Source: Polyangiaceae bacterium
GTDB lineage: Bacteria; Myxococcota_A; Polyangia; Polyangiales; Polyangiaceae
NCBI GenBank assembly: GCA_033763455.1
Contig: JANRKO010000080.1
Span: 1 to 64,000, forward strand
Direction: 5' to 3'
Length of the DNA stretch: 64,000 nucleotides
Below are positions 56,420-64,000 of this stretch, in pieces; the stretch's first letter is position 1; each line of letters begins with the position of its first letter. The notes under the pieces were generated by a model, which made no database searches, was not told the origin of the DNA, and saw nothing but the letters and a program-made list of their open reading frames with translations. The translations under genes and the position numbers were made by a program.

Positions 56420-57982
56420 CTAGTAAGGATCTTTGGCAAGGCTGAGCCCAGGTTCAACCGCCCTCGGCTTCTTAACAACTTTTTGCGGCGCTGGTGCGTC
56501 CGCGGCGGGCCTGACCTTCTGTGGTTGGGGGGTCACGACGGCCGGTGGTGCAACCGGTGGCGGCGCCTCGGGGGGCGGCGCGGTCGGCGTCAGGCTGCTC
56601 GCAGGTGGCTGAACTTCGACCCGAACCATGTTGGGCTCCGGAGCCGAACCAGCAGAAGGTCCAGCCGGCTGCTCCGGGCGACGAATCAACGCAAGCAAAC
56701 CCAGAATCAGGATAACGCCTACGGCTGATAACGCCACAAGCATCGGTGTGCGCTTCTTCGGCGGGCTAACCGAGGCCGCTGAGATGGTGCTCTCCGTAAC
56801 TTCGCGCGGAGCTCGGGCGAAGTTGGCGCTGGCCTTCGAAAGAGGCGTCGGGTTCCACTCAATGTTCCCGGGTGCCGCAGCGTGTTGGTAAACGGGAAGC
56901 TCGCCCTCGCGTTGTGGCGCAAGCTCGAGCTCGCGTGGGGTGGCGCTTTGGGGGCCTGCATCGCGAGCTATCTCCACCATGCGTTTTCGTAACTCTTGCA
57001 CCTCGGCAATGCGTTGGCGCTGCGTGCGCAGGCGCTCTCCCACGAGCTCCGACACAAATGCCGCTACTTCCTCGCGGTCCGCGATGCCGTCGTGTTTTAG
57101 CCAAAACCGTTCCAGGTTCTTTCGAAGCTCAACGGCACTTGGGCAGCGCGTTTCCACGTCCATGCTGAGCGCACTCGCGACGATATCGTCGAGCTCGGGA
57201 GAAACTTCGGGAAGCACCGTGGAGAGGCGAGGCGGCGCTTCCGTAACGATTTTGAGCAATGTGGATACGGCATCGCTCTTGGGGAATAGCCTCCGGCTAG
57301 CTGCTAATTCCCACAAAACCACGCCTGCCGCCCATACGTCGCAGCGGCGGTCGAGCGCGTGCCCGCGCGCCTGCTCGGGGGACATATAGCCGATCTTTCC
57401 CTTAACCATACCGGTGCGCGTGCGCACGGCGCGGTCGCTCGCTTTGGCGACGCTAAAATCTGTGAGGCGAGCGACACCATCTACGCCCACCATGATGTTG
57501 TGCGGTGAGAAGTCGCGGTGCACGAGGCCGAGAAATGCGCCATCTTCACCCTTAAGTCCATGCGCTTCTTCCAGCCCGCACAAGGCATCGCTCATGATGC
57601 GCGCCAAAAGGCGGTTCTGCTTTTTGGCATCCATGTCGGGCCACACCCGCAATAGGCCCGCCAGGCTGTCACCCTCAACGTACTCCAGCACCAAATAAAG
57701 CCCGAACGCCTCATCGCCGACCTCCAAAACCGGCACAACGTTGGGGTGCCGTATGCGGGCCGCCAAGCGGGCTTCATCTAGAAGATGGAGCTTGGATTCC
57801 TCATCCTCACGCAGGTGTGCATGCATCACCTTGACGGCCACGTCGCGCTCGAAGCCACCCGCACCTCGGTAGCGCCCGAGGTACACCGTAGCCATCCCGC
57901 CGCTGCCGATGGGAAGCAACAGCTCATAGCGACCCAAGCGTTCGGGGAAAGCCAGACTCGGGTCAGAAGGGGATATGGACAC
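56420..57982 (-). CDS. Hanks-type Ser/Thr protein kinase with a C-terminal TM helix
   Basis: IGSGGMATVY, VAVK, HRDFSPHN, DFS (for DFG), GYMSPEQ, DVWAAG; TM near the C-terminus. Confidence 0.93.
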   Translation of the reverse strand: MSISPSDPSLAFPERLGRYELLLPIGSGGMATVYLGRYRGAGGFERDVAVKVMHAHLREDEESKLHLLDEARLAARIRHPNVVPVLEVGDEAFGLYLVLEYVEGDSLAGLLRVWPDMDAKKQNRLLARIMSDALCGLEEAHGLKGEDGAFLGLVHRDFSPHNIMVGVDGVARLTDFSVAKASDRAVRTRTGMVKGKIGYMSPEQARGHALDRRCDVWAAGVVLWELAASRRLFPKSDAVSTLLKIVTEAPPRLSTVLPEVSPELDDIVASALSMDVETRCPSAVELRKNLERFWLKHDGIADREEVAAFVSELVGERLRTQRQRIAEVQELRKRMVEIARDAGPQSATPRELELAPQREGELPVYQHAAAPGNIEWNPTPLSKASANFARAPREVTESTISAASVSPPKKRTPMLVALSAVGVILILGLLALIRRPEQPAGPSAGSAPEPNMVRVEVQPPASSLTPTAPPPEAPPPVAPPAVVTPQPQKVRPAADAPAPQKVVKKPRAVEPGLSLAKDPY

Positions 57983-57985
57983 TGA

Positions 57986-59392
57986 TTAGCCTGCCGGAGC
58001 CTTACCTAGCTTGGCTTTTAGCACTTGAAAGTAGCGGCGTGCCACCTGAGCGCCTTCGGCGGCCCGCGTGACGTTCCCCCCATGTTTGCTCATCATGCGA
58101 CGAACGTAGGCTCTTTCGAACTGTTCCACGACACGTTGGCGAGCATCCCCGAGCGGAAGTTCGAGCGCCTCATCGAGGACGCGAGCCAGGGCGGCCCCGT
58201 CCGCTGGAGAAGAAGAGGGCGGTGCGTCCTCGTCGCCGGAGGCTCGCTCCATCAACTCAAGGCTTGCAAGCTCTCCGAGCGCAAGGTGTCGTGCGACAGT
58301 GTTCCTAAGTTCTCGGATATTTCCCGGCCATGGGAGCTCCTCCCAGCGGGCGATGAGGCTTTGGCTGATGAGGGCGGGGTCTCCGCCGAGCTCTTCGCAG
58401 AAGTGTTGAACCAGCACCGCGATATCACCGCGCCTTCGATTCAGTGGTGGTAGCTCGATGCGCGCAACTGCCAAGCGGTGGAAGAGATCATCGCGGAAGC
58501 GACCACTTTGGACTTCACGATCAAGGTCGCGCCGTGTGGCGGCAATGATCCGCACATCCACCTTGACCACCCGCTCCCCCCCGATTGGGCGGAATTCTCC
58601 CCGCTCCATCGCTCTCAAAAGCTTCGGTTGAAGGGAAAGATCGAGATCCCCGATTTCGTCGATCAGCAACGTGCCGCCGTGTGCCTGCTCAAGCACACCA
58701 CGACGCGAGCTAACGGCACCGGTGAAGGCGCCGCGTTCATGCCCAAAGAGCTCCGTTTCGATCAGATTTACTGGCACCGCCGTGCAGTCGAAAACAAGGA
58801 ACGGGGCTGCTGCGCGCGGGCCTTGTTCATGAATCGCCTCGGCTAGTAGTTCCTTTCCGGTGCCGGTCTCGCCTTCAATGATCACCGGGACACTGCTGGC
58901 CGCGAGGCGTTCGCATAAGGGGTACAAGCGGCGCATTTCTGTGCTCGCACCGAGCACTCGCCCAAATCCCATTGCCTGGGAAAGGCGTGGAGCTGAAGCG
59001 GCCCCTTCGGCTTCCAACCTGAACAGCGTGGACCCCACACGCACGAGCTCGCCCCCTTGAAGAAAGGCGTCAAGTATGGGGAGCTCACCCACGAAGGTGC
59101 CGTTCTTGGAGCCAAGATCCACGATTCTCACGCGTTGCCCCGTGGGCTCTAGAGCGACGTGGCGCCGCGATACCATCGGATCGGTTAATCGAATGTCACA
59201 CGCCGGACCTTGCCCCACCAGGATCCGTGACGCTTGGGATCCATCCAGCCGAATCTCTAGCCCTTTGTCCGGCCCATCCACGACCTTTAGCCTGAAGGCT
59301 TTGGATGCTGGCGTTGGGTCGAACCGTGCATGCATGACGGTAGAGTTCTCGTCACCAAGGCTTCTAAGGTCGTTGGTATCAGCGAATGGCAT
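57986..59392 (-). CDS. FHA-domain sigma54-dependent enhancer-binding protein
   Basis: FHA (VSRRH, DLGSKNGT), [32 protein letters not shown]-terminal HTH. Confidence 0.93.
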   Translation of the reverse strand: MPFADTNDLRSLGDENSTVMHARFDPTPASKAFRLKVVDGPDKGLEIRLDGSQASRILVGQGPACDIRLTDPMVSRRHVALEPTGQRVRIVDLGSKNGTFVGELPILDAFLQGGELVRVGSTLFRLEAEGAASAPRLSQAMGFGRVLGASTEMRRLYPLCERLAASSVPVIIEGETGTGKELLAEAIHEQGPRAAAPFLVFDCTAVPVNLIETELFGHERGAFTGAVSSRRGVLEQAHGGTLLIDEIGDLDLSLQPKLLRAMERGEFRPIGGERVVKVDVRIIAATRRDLDREVQSGRFRDDLFHRLAVARIELPPLNRRRGDIAVLVQHFCEELGGDPALISQSLIARWEELPWPGNIRELRNTVARHLALGELASLELMERASGDEDAPPSSSPADGAALARVLDEALELPLGDARQRVVEQFERAYVRRMMSKHGGNVTRAAEGAQVARRYFQVLKAKLGKAPAG

Positions 59393-59597
59393 GGTGCGTG
59401 GATCCTCTGTGGTAACAGCGGCGAGCGAACGGAAGTGCTCTCGTTCTTTTGCCGAGTATAGCGATCGCCCTTCGAAAATCGATGAGTCTGATGGGATATC
59501 GACGCCACAAGAGGTCTCGGTTTGGGACGAGCGCAGATCACCTATCGTGCATGTTTGCTGCCTGCATGTGATCTCGGCGCTCTAGCGTGATGGCGAT

Positions 59598-59622
59598 AGG
59601 TGCGATCTCGGACTTCGCACCT
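59598..59622. promoter_or_regulatory. Palindromic candidate activator-binding site upstream of the porin promoter
   Basis: AGGTGCGA-N9-TCGCACCT, about 70-90 nt upstream of the sigma54 element. Confidence 0.4.
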
Positions 59623-59690
59623 CGTCATTTTGAGGTCTCAAATGTGCCGTTTTGTCGGCCAAAACGCATGTAGCTGAGTCGCTCTATTGC

Positions 59691-59706
59691 TGGCCCGTTC
59701 CTTGCG
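59691..59706 (+). promoter_or_regulatory. Sigma54 -24/-12 promoter of the porin-like gene
   Basis: TGGCCCGTTCCTTGCG (TGGC-CG-N4-TTGC) about 75 nt upstream of the ATG at 59782. Confidence 0.7.
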
Positions 59707-59781
59707 TACGCGGCGCGCAACGAGCGAGCGAGGCGACCTCGACGGCGCTCTTTAGAAAAACGCACAGGAGAGTTCTGACTC

Positions 59782-61476
59782 ATGAAATTATTCGTGCCCA
59801 CCGTCACATCCACACTGGTTCTCTTGCCAAGCTTTGCTTTGGCACAGGGGGCCACCGCCAGCGCATCCGCGGCCGCGACACCCGAAGTGGTTCAGATGAC
59901 GGACACACGCTCCGCTTCCGCCACGACCCCCGCGGAGGCGGCGAAATCTGAAAGCACGGTAACTACGAGCGGAGGTGGGCCCGCGGCGAACTCTGACGGC
60001 TGGGACTTTGAGTACCACGGCTACTTTCGCGCTCCGATGCGCGTCGGCATAGCAAGCCGGGACACCCGGGCCCCCGGTCAGGGCAAAACTACGTACCACA
60101 CGCCCATTGTGCCCGATGATCAGTACCTCAGTTGGCAACACACGCGGCACTCGCAGCGGTCCTGGGCCGAGGCCTTTCTTTCGGTAGGAAATAAGCTTGC
60201 CAAGGGCACCATTGCGCTCCAGGGCTTTCAGCTCACCGATGCTGCGTGGGTAGACCCAAGCTCGAACTTTGGGATCTCTCAGGCTTTCATCACGCTCACG
60301 CCTGACACGGGCTACGAGAACATGCGGTTGGTGGGCAAGGTTGGTAGCTTCTGGAATTCGTACGGTAAAGCTGGCCGTTACGATGCTGGTGCCTACGACA
60401 CGTATCTCTTCGGGCGCACGCATGCACTCGGGGGCACGCTTCGCGGAGAGCTCGATACGGAGGGGACCACCCTCTGGGGCGAATGGGGCGTGGGCGCCAA
60501 GGAGCCGAACCCGAATGCGTACAACCGCTCGCAGTTCACACTTTTGAACCACCTGCACGCGGGGATCAAGATCGGCAGCTTGGCGGAATTGGGCTTACAT
60601 TACTTAGACTCCTTCGCGAAAAGCGAGTTTCGCCCTGGTTCTATGACGCCGGATGTGAACCCCAACACGCCCGACGGCAGCCTCAGCGTGTACGGCGTGG
60701 AAGGCCGTGTGGAAGGCGGAATGTACGGCTACGGGTACCTCGGCTTCTCCCATGTAAGTGCGAAAGATGCCATCACGGTAGGACCAGCTATCGAGGTGAT
60801 TCACGCCTTCGGCGGAGGTGACTTCTCGCTTGGGGTTAACGATCAGTACTTGAATGCTCCGGGCTGCGCTGCGCGTATGCAATGCAGCAACGGCAACGGG
60901 AGCGTGAACACCTTGCTCGGCCAATACGAGTTCAGCTTGGTGAACTTCACCCAAGGGCTCGAGGGGAAAGGCCAATTCTGGGGAGAGGGCCAAGATCTAA
61001 AGGCCACTTTGTACGGCATGTACAACATGGTGGCGAGCGATGACCCCGCGCAGGACGGTGTGAAGAAGCTCAAATTCGGAGCTGATCTTGAAGTGTCCGC
61101 GCTGCCCTGGTTGGCAGCGGGCCTACGCATGGACAGGCTGTCGCCAAATTCCAAGGTGCCCGAGCAGAAGTTTAGCGTTATCTCTCCGCGGGTCGTTTTC
61201 CGTTCGAAGTGGGTCACGAAGGAAGAAATAAGCCTGCAATATAGCCGCTATATCTACAATCAGCGCACTTGTGCCACGGCCTTGGATCCAACGGCAACAC
61301 CTGCAGACGGCGTGTACACGGTGGGCGATGAACGCTGTGTGCAGCCGCCGAGCGCTCCCGTTTTGCCGGCTGGCTTCGGTGCCACTACCACCAACCAAGA
61401 CGCTGGCAATCGCGCGACGGGTACGGCCCGCCCGGATGTAGATGTCGTTGCGCTCACCGCTACGATGTGGTGGTGA
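59782..61476 (+). CDS. Outer-membrane beta-barrel, putative carbohydrate porin
   Basis: Signal peptide; FEYHGYFRA (LamB-like first strand); many amphipathic strands; C-terminal aromatic LTATMWW; AGGAG SD. Confidence 0.7.
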   Translation: MKLFVPTVTSTLVLLPSFALAQGATASASAAATPEVVQMTDTRSASATTPAEAAKSESTVTTSGGGPAANSDGWDFEYHGYFRAPMRVGIASRDTRAPGQGKTTYHTPIVPDDQYLSWQHTRHSQRSWAEAFLSVGNKLAKGTIALQGFQLTDAAWVDPSSNFGISQAFITLTPDTGYENMRLVGKVGSFWNSYGKAGRYDAGAYDTYLFGRTHALGGTLRGELDTEGTTLWGEWGVGAKEPNPNAYNRSQFTLLNHLHAGIKIGSLAELGLHYLDSFAKSEFRPGSMTPDVNPNTPDGSLSVYGVEGRVEGGMYGYGYLGFSHVSAKDAITVGPAIEVIHAFGGGDFSLGVNDQYLNAPGCAARMQCSNGNGSVNTLLGQYEFSLVNFTQGLEGKGQFWGEGQDLKATLYGMYNMVASDDPAQDGVKKLKFGADLEVSALPWLAAGLRMDRLSPNSKVPEQKFSVISPRVVFRSKWVTKEEISLQYSRYIYNQRTCATALDPTATPADGVYTVGDERCVQPPSAPVLPAGFGATTTNQDAGNRATGTARPDVDVVALTATMWW

Positions 61477-61510
61477 GCTGAACCGGAGGGGGGGCGGGGG
61501 AGTTAGCGCA

Positions 61511-61542
61511 CGCCTGAGTCTGCTAAAGCGGCGACTCAGGCG
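61511..61542. terminator. Hairpin between the convergent porin and GH9 genes
   Basis: Perfect 10-bp stem CGCCTGAGTC / GACTCAGGCG. Confidence 0.55.
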
Positions 61543-61550
61543 CGGAGGCG

Positions 61551-63875
61551 TTAGCGTGCGGCTTGGTCTAGGAAGGCCGTGACCCAAGCGAGGGGAGCGT
61601 TCCAGTTGATCGTGATCTCGTTGACGGACCAAGCCTCAATGTTGTCTACGTAGCACTTTTCTGGGGCGCAGCCCTTCAGGCCTGCGGCTTTAACGTAAGG
61701 ATCCTCAAGGCCAGAGTTGGGCCCTCCCGAAATCGCGCCGGGGGGTGCCATCGGATATTTGGCGTTGACCTGATGGGACCAGAAGCGATGGTGGGGATTC
61801 TCAACAGCGTGCTCCCCGTAGCCGGTGACATACGAGAGGCTCATGGGGTTGCGCCCCAAAAGGTAGTCCATGCCGGTGATAGTGGCAGCAAGGAAACGTT
61901 GATCGTGGCTGAGATCGTAGGCTGCACCCAGAATGATCAAATTGTTGAGCACAAAAGAGTTCGAGCCCCAGGGAAAACGCCCGCCTGAGCCGCCCTGGAA
62001 TGGGAGCCCATAGCCCTGCTTTTTCGCTGTTGCGAGGTATTCCTCGGCCGCTGTGGTGAGCTGAATCTCAAGGGCTGTGCGCTCTGCCTGCGAAAGGGTG
62101 CTTTCGGCCGTAAGGAGCGAGAGCTTCCCCAATGTGTCGGTACGCGCCCAGTTCATGGACGAGAGCGCACTGCCGGCATTCATGGTGAAACTCTTATGAT
62201 GAGGCGAACGCACCAAAAAATCCCGATACACCGCGTTGCCCGTGGTGATGAAAAGCTCGGCCGCAGCCCAATAGAAATCATCACTCACTTGTGGGTCGTC
62301 ATACGCGCCGCCTCCCGAGCTGTCGCTTGCCGGTGCGATCATGTCCGGGTGCGCTTCTGCTGCACGCCAGGCTCGCTCAGCTGCCTTCAAACACTTTGCG
62401 GCAAAATCTTTATCGAAAGGGCCGTAGAGGCGTGCTGCCTGAGCTAAGGTGGCCGCTGTGTTCAGCGTTGCTGCTGTGCTCACCGGCCGCAGGTAACGCT
62501 TCATTTGGCTCTCATGCGGCGCCATACCGAGGGCCGTCCACGCCTCGTCGTGGATCTTGTGGTGCACCATTCCTGAAAGCGGATTGCCCTCGGGAACCTG
62601 CATCTTCATGAAGAATTCCAGCTCAAAACGAGCTTCATCCAGGAGATCCGGCACTTGGTTGCTGTTCTCCGGAATGCTGAGCTTGCCGTCGTGGAAGGCA
62701 GCCGTTTGGTGAAGCTTGTGTGCGCGCTCGTAGAGGTTCAGGAGTGTCCACACGCTGATCCCACCATTTACGACGTATTTCCCGTGGTCCCCTGCGTCGT
62801 ACCAGCCACCGGAGACATCCAGGCTGTAGCTGCAGCCTGCATCTTTTGCACAGCTCACCTTGCTATCGGATAGGTGCCCAGCTGGGCGCGCCCATTCGGC
62901 TTTCTTGACGAACGGAAGCTTTATCTCGATGCCACTTCGATTGTGGTAGAAATAGGCCAACGCATCGTACTTGAGCTCCGCATAGAGATCGTTCGCTATC
63001 TTAAACGGCGGGCTTTCTTCCGTGCCCACGCGCACTCGATAGCCTGCGCCAGGCTTCTGTAGCGTCGAAAAGTCAATGATGTGTAGGGGCTCTCCCGAGT
63101 CGCGATCGAGCCCAAATACCTTCGTTTTGCCTGTCTGAACCACAGCGCCATCGGCGTCAACTACAGAAAAATCCACCGAGCTTGAGGCTGGGCTCACTAG
63201 TGTTGCGAGCTTTTCGCGCTTCGGAAAATAGCCCACCTGGTTAACTCGCACGAGCGCCGCCGCTTGCTCGTGTTCGCGAGGCTTGGCAGTAAAGGCTGGG
63301 TCCGAAAGGCTCACATCGTCCACACAAAGCTCAAGCGGAGCACCAGCGGCCAGATTCCCCCCCACGTGAAACGCAAGCTCCGCGGTGGGGTCGTTGTCAG
63401 ATGCCATAGTGAAGCCGCCTTGAAACAGGCGCGGAGCAGTTGTGAGGTCGATCGTGCTCGTCCAATATTCTGCGTACGGAGGCCCCGCCATACCGATCTT
63501 GGCACGGACTTTTGTGGCTCGATTGGCTCGGGCCACGAAGCTTACCGAGTAGGCGTGCCCCTTCTCTAGAATCATCTCGCGGTGACGCACCTGCGCGTCC
63601 CAAGGGTTCTTGCCAACCTCGACGACATTCAGGCAAAGCGCTCCCTCCTTCACACTCGCTTCACCCGTGGCCGGAGCAGAGAAGGAGGTTGTCCAGGGGA
63701 GGCTCGTTCCGTCCTCGAAGGTGCTGTTCTTCAGCAGATTGTTCTGGGGCGAAAGCGCGGCAGTTGCGGAACTTCCAGGGCTCGCGGCAGCTTTGGTGGC
63801 TTGGGGCGCGCAGCTTGTGAGGCTTGAAAAAAGTGGCGAACAAAACGCAAGGTAGCTGAAGCGGCGTAGTATCAT
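61551..63875 (-). CDS. GH9 cellulase lipoprotein: CBM4/9 - Ig-like (CelD_N) - GH9
   Basis: LTSC lipobox; NLLKNSTFE...NPWDAQ CBM4; VRVNQVGY; GGWYDAGDHGKY, HHRF, NEITINWNA catalytic motifs. Confidence 0.93.
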   Translation of the reverse strand: MILRRFSYLAFCSPLFSSLTSCAPQATKAAASPGSSATAALSPQNNLLKNSTFEDGTSLPWTTSFSAPATGEASVKEGALCLNVVEVGKNPWDAQVRHREMILEKGHAYSVSFVARANRATKVRAKIGMAGPPYAEYWTSTIDLTTAPRLFQGGFTMASDNDPTAELAFHVGGNLAAGAPLELCVDDVSLSDPAFTAKPREHEQAAALVRVNQVGYFPKREKLATLVSPASSSVDFSVVDADGAVVQTGKTKVFGLDRDSGEPLHIIDFSTLQKPGAGYRVRVGTEESPPFKIANDLYAELKYDALAYFYHNRSGIEIKLPFVKKAEWARPAGHLSDSKVSCAKDAGCSYSLDVSGGWYDAGDHGKYVVNGGISVWTLLNLYERAHKLHQTAAFHDGKLSIPENSNQVPDLLDEARFELEFFMKMQVPEGNPLSGMVHHKIHDEAWTALGMAPHESQMKRYLRPVSTAATLNTAATLAQAARLYGPFDKDFAAKCLKAAERAWRAAEAHPDMIAPASDSSGGGAYDDPQVSDDFYWAAAELFITTGNAVYRDFLVRSPHHKSFTMNAGSALSSMNWARTDTLGKLSLLTAESTLSQAERTALEIQLTTAAEEYLATAKKQGYGLPFQGGSGGRFPWGSNSFVLNNLIILGAAYDLSHDQRFLAATITGMDYLLGRNPMSLSYVTGYGEHAVENPHHRFWSHQVNAKYPMAPPGAISGGPNSGLEDPYVKAAGLKGCAPEKCYVDNIEAWSVNEITINWNAPLAWVTAFLDQAAR

Positions 63876-64000
63876 GGGTTTTTCTTTTCTTCGAAGAGCC
63901 AGCCGTAGGTGCCGTAGGCCAACGCTAGGTGTGCTTGAGCCCAGAAGCGGTGGTACTTGAATTCCGGTGGGGCGCCGCCATCCAGGTATTTCTGAACTTT
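63872..64000 (-). CDS. 3' end of a GH48 cellulase (partial, not in the ORF track)
   Basis: Translates KVQKYLDGGAPPEFKYHRFWAQAHLALAYGTYGWLFEEKKNP*; YHRFWAQ is the GH48 C-terminal signature; ATGA overlap with the GH9 start. Confidence 0.85.
   Translation of the reverse strand, partial: KVQKYLDGGAPPEFKYHRFWAQAHLALAYGTYGWLFEEKKNP

Noticed and set aside
1..64000. tRNA, rRNA, integron attC sites, prophage genes
   Set aside because: None recognised by eye; scattered GTTAG motifs lacked matching inverse cores. A covariance-model scan would be needed to exclude small ncRNAs.

Overview
A GC-rich (roughly 60%), gene-dense bacterial chromosomal window. Its gene content points to a Myxococcota/Polyangiaceae-like organism (inference): Ser/Thr kinase with FHA-sigma54 activator, DUF1592/DUF1552 pair, VWA lipoproteins and Gly/Cys-rich lipoproteins. 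No rRNA, tRNA or CRISPR array was seen. The main finding is a 15.6-kb, translationally coupled five-gene operon (33780-49411) built around poly-gamma-glutamate synthase homologues in unusual fusions. It encodes a tandem CapC-CapC protein with an apparently inactivated Zn-hydrolase domain, an 809-aa membrane-anchored protein, an intact-looking Zn-hydrolase lipoprotein, a 1609-aa exported protein ending in a probable beta-barrel, and a HEAT-repeat-CapB giant fusion. A CHASE2 pseudo-histidine kinase lies divergent from it. This looks like a synthase-dependent polyamide secretion system for a diderm envelope. Other content: a sigma54-controlled persulfide dioxygenase/rhodanese-TauE-YeeE sulfur operon, a cellulose-utilisation region (partial GH48, GH9, sigma54-driven porin, CBM-like lipoproteins, FHA-EBP/kinase/TPR module), GH42, a Phd-VapC TA pair with an (ACGT)5 promoter spacer, a MarR operator, two PhyH paralogues, and three small intergenic gene remnants (IS91-type Zn finger, DUF1552 tail, PDZ). 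All calls come from reading motifs by eye; no database searches were run.
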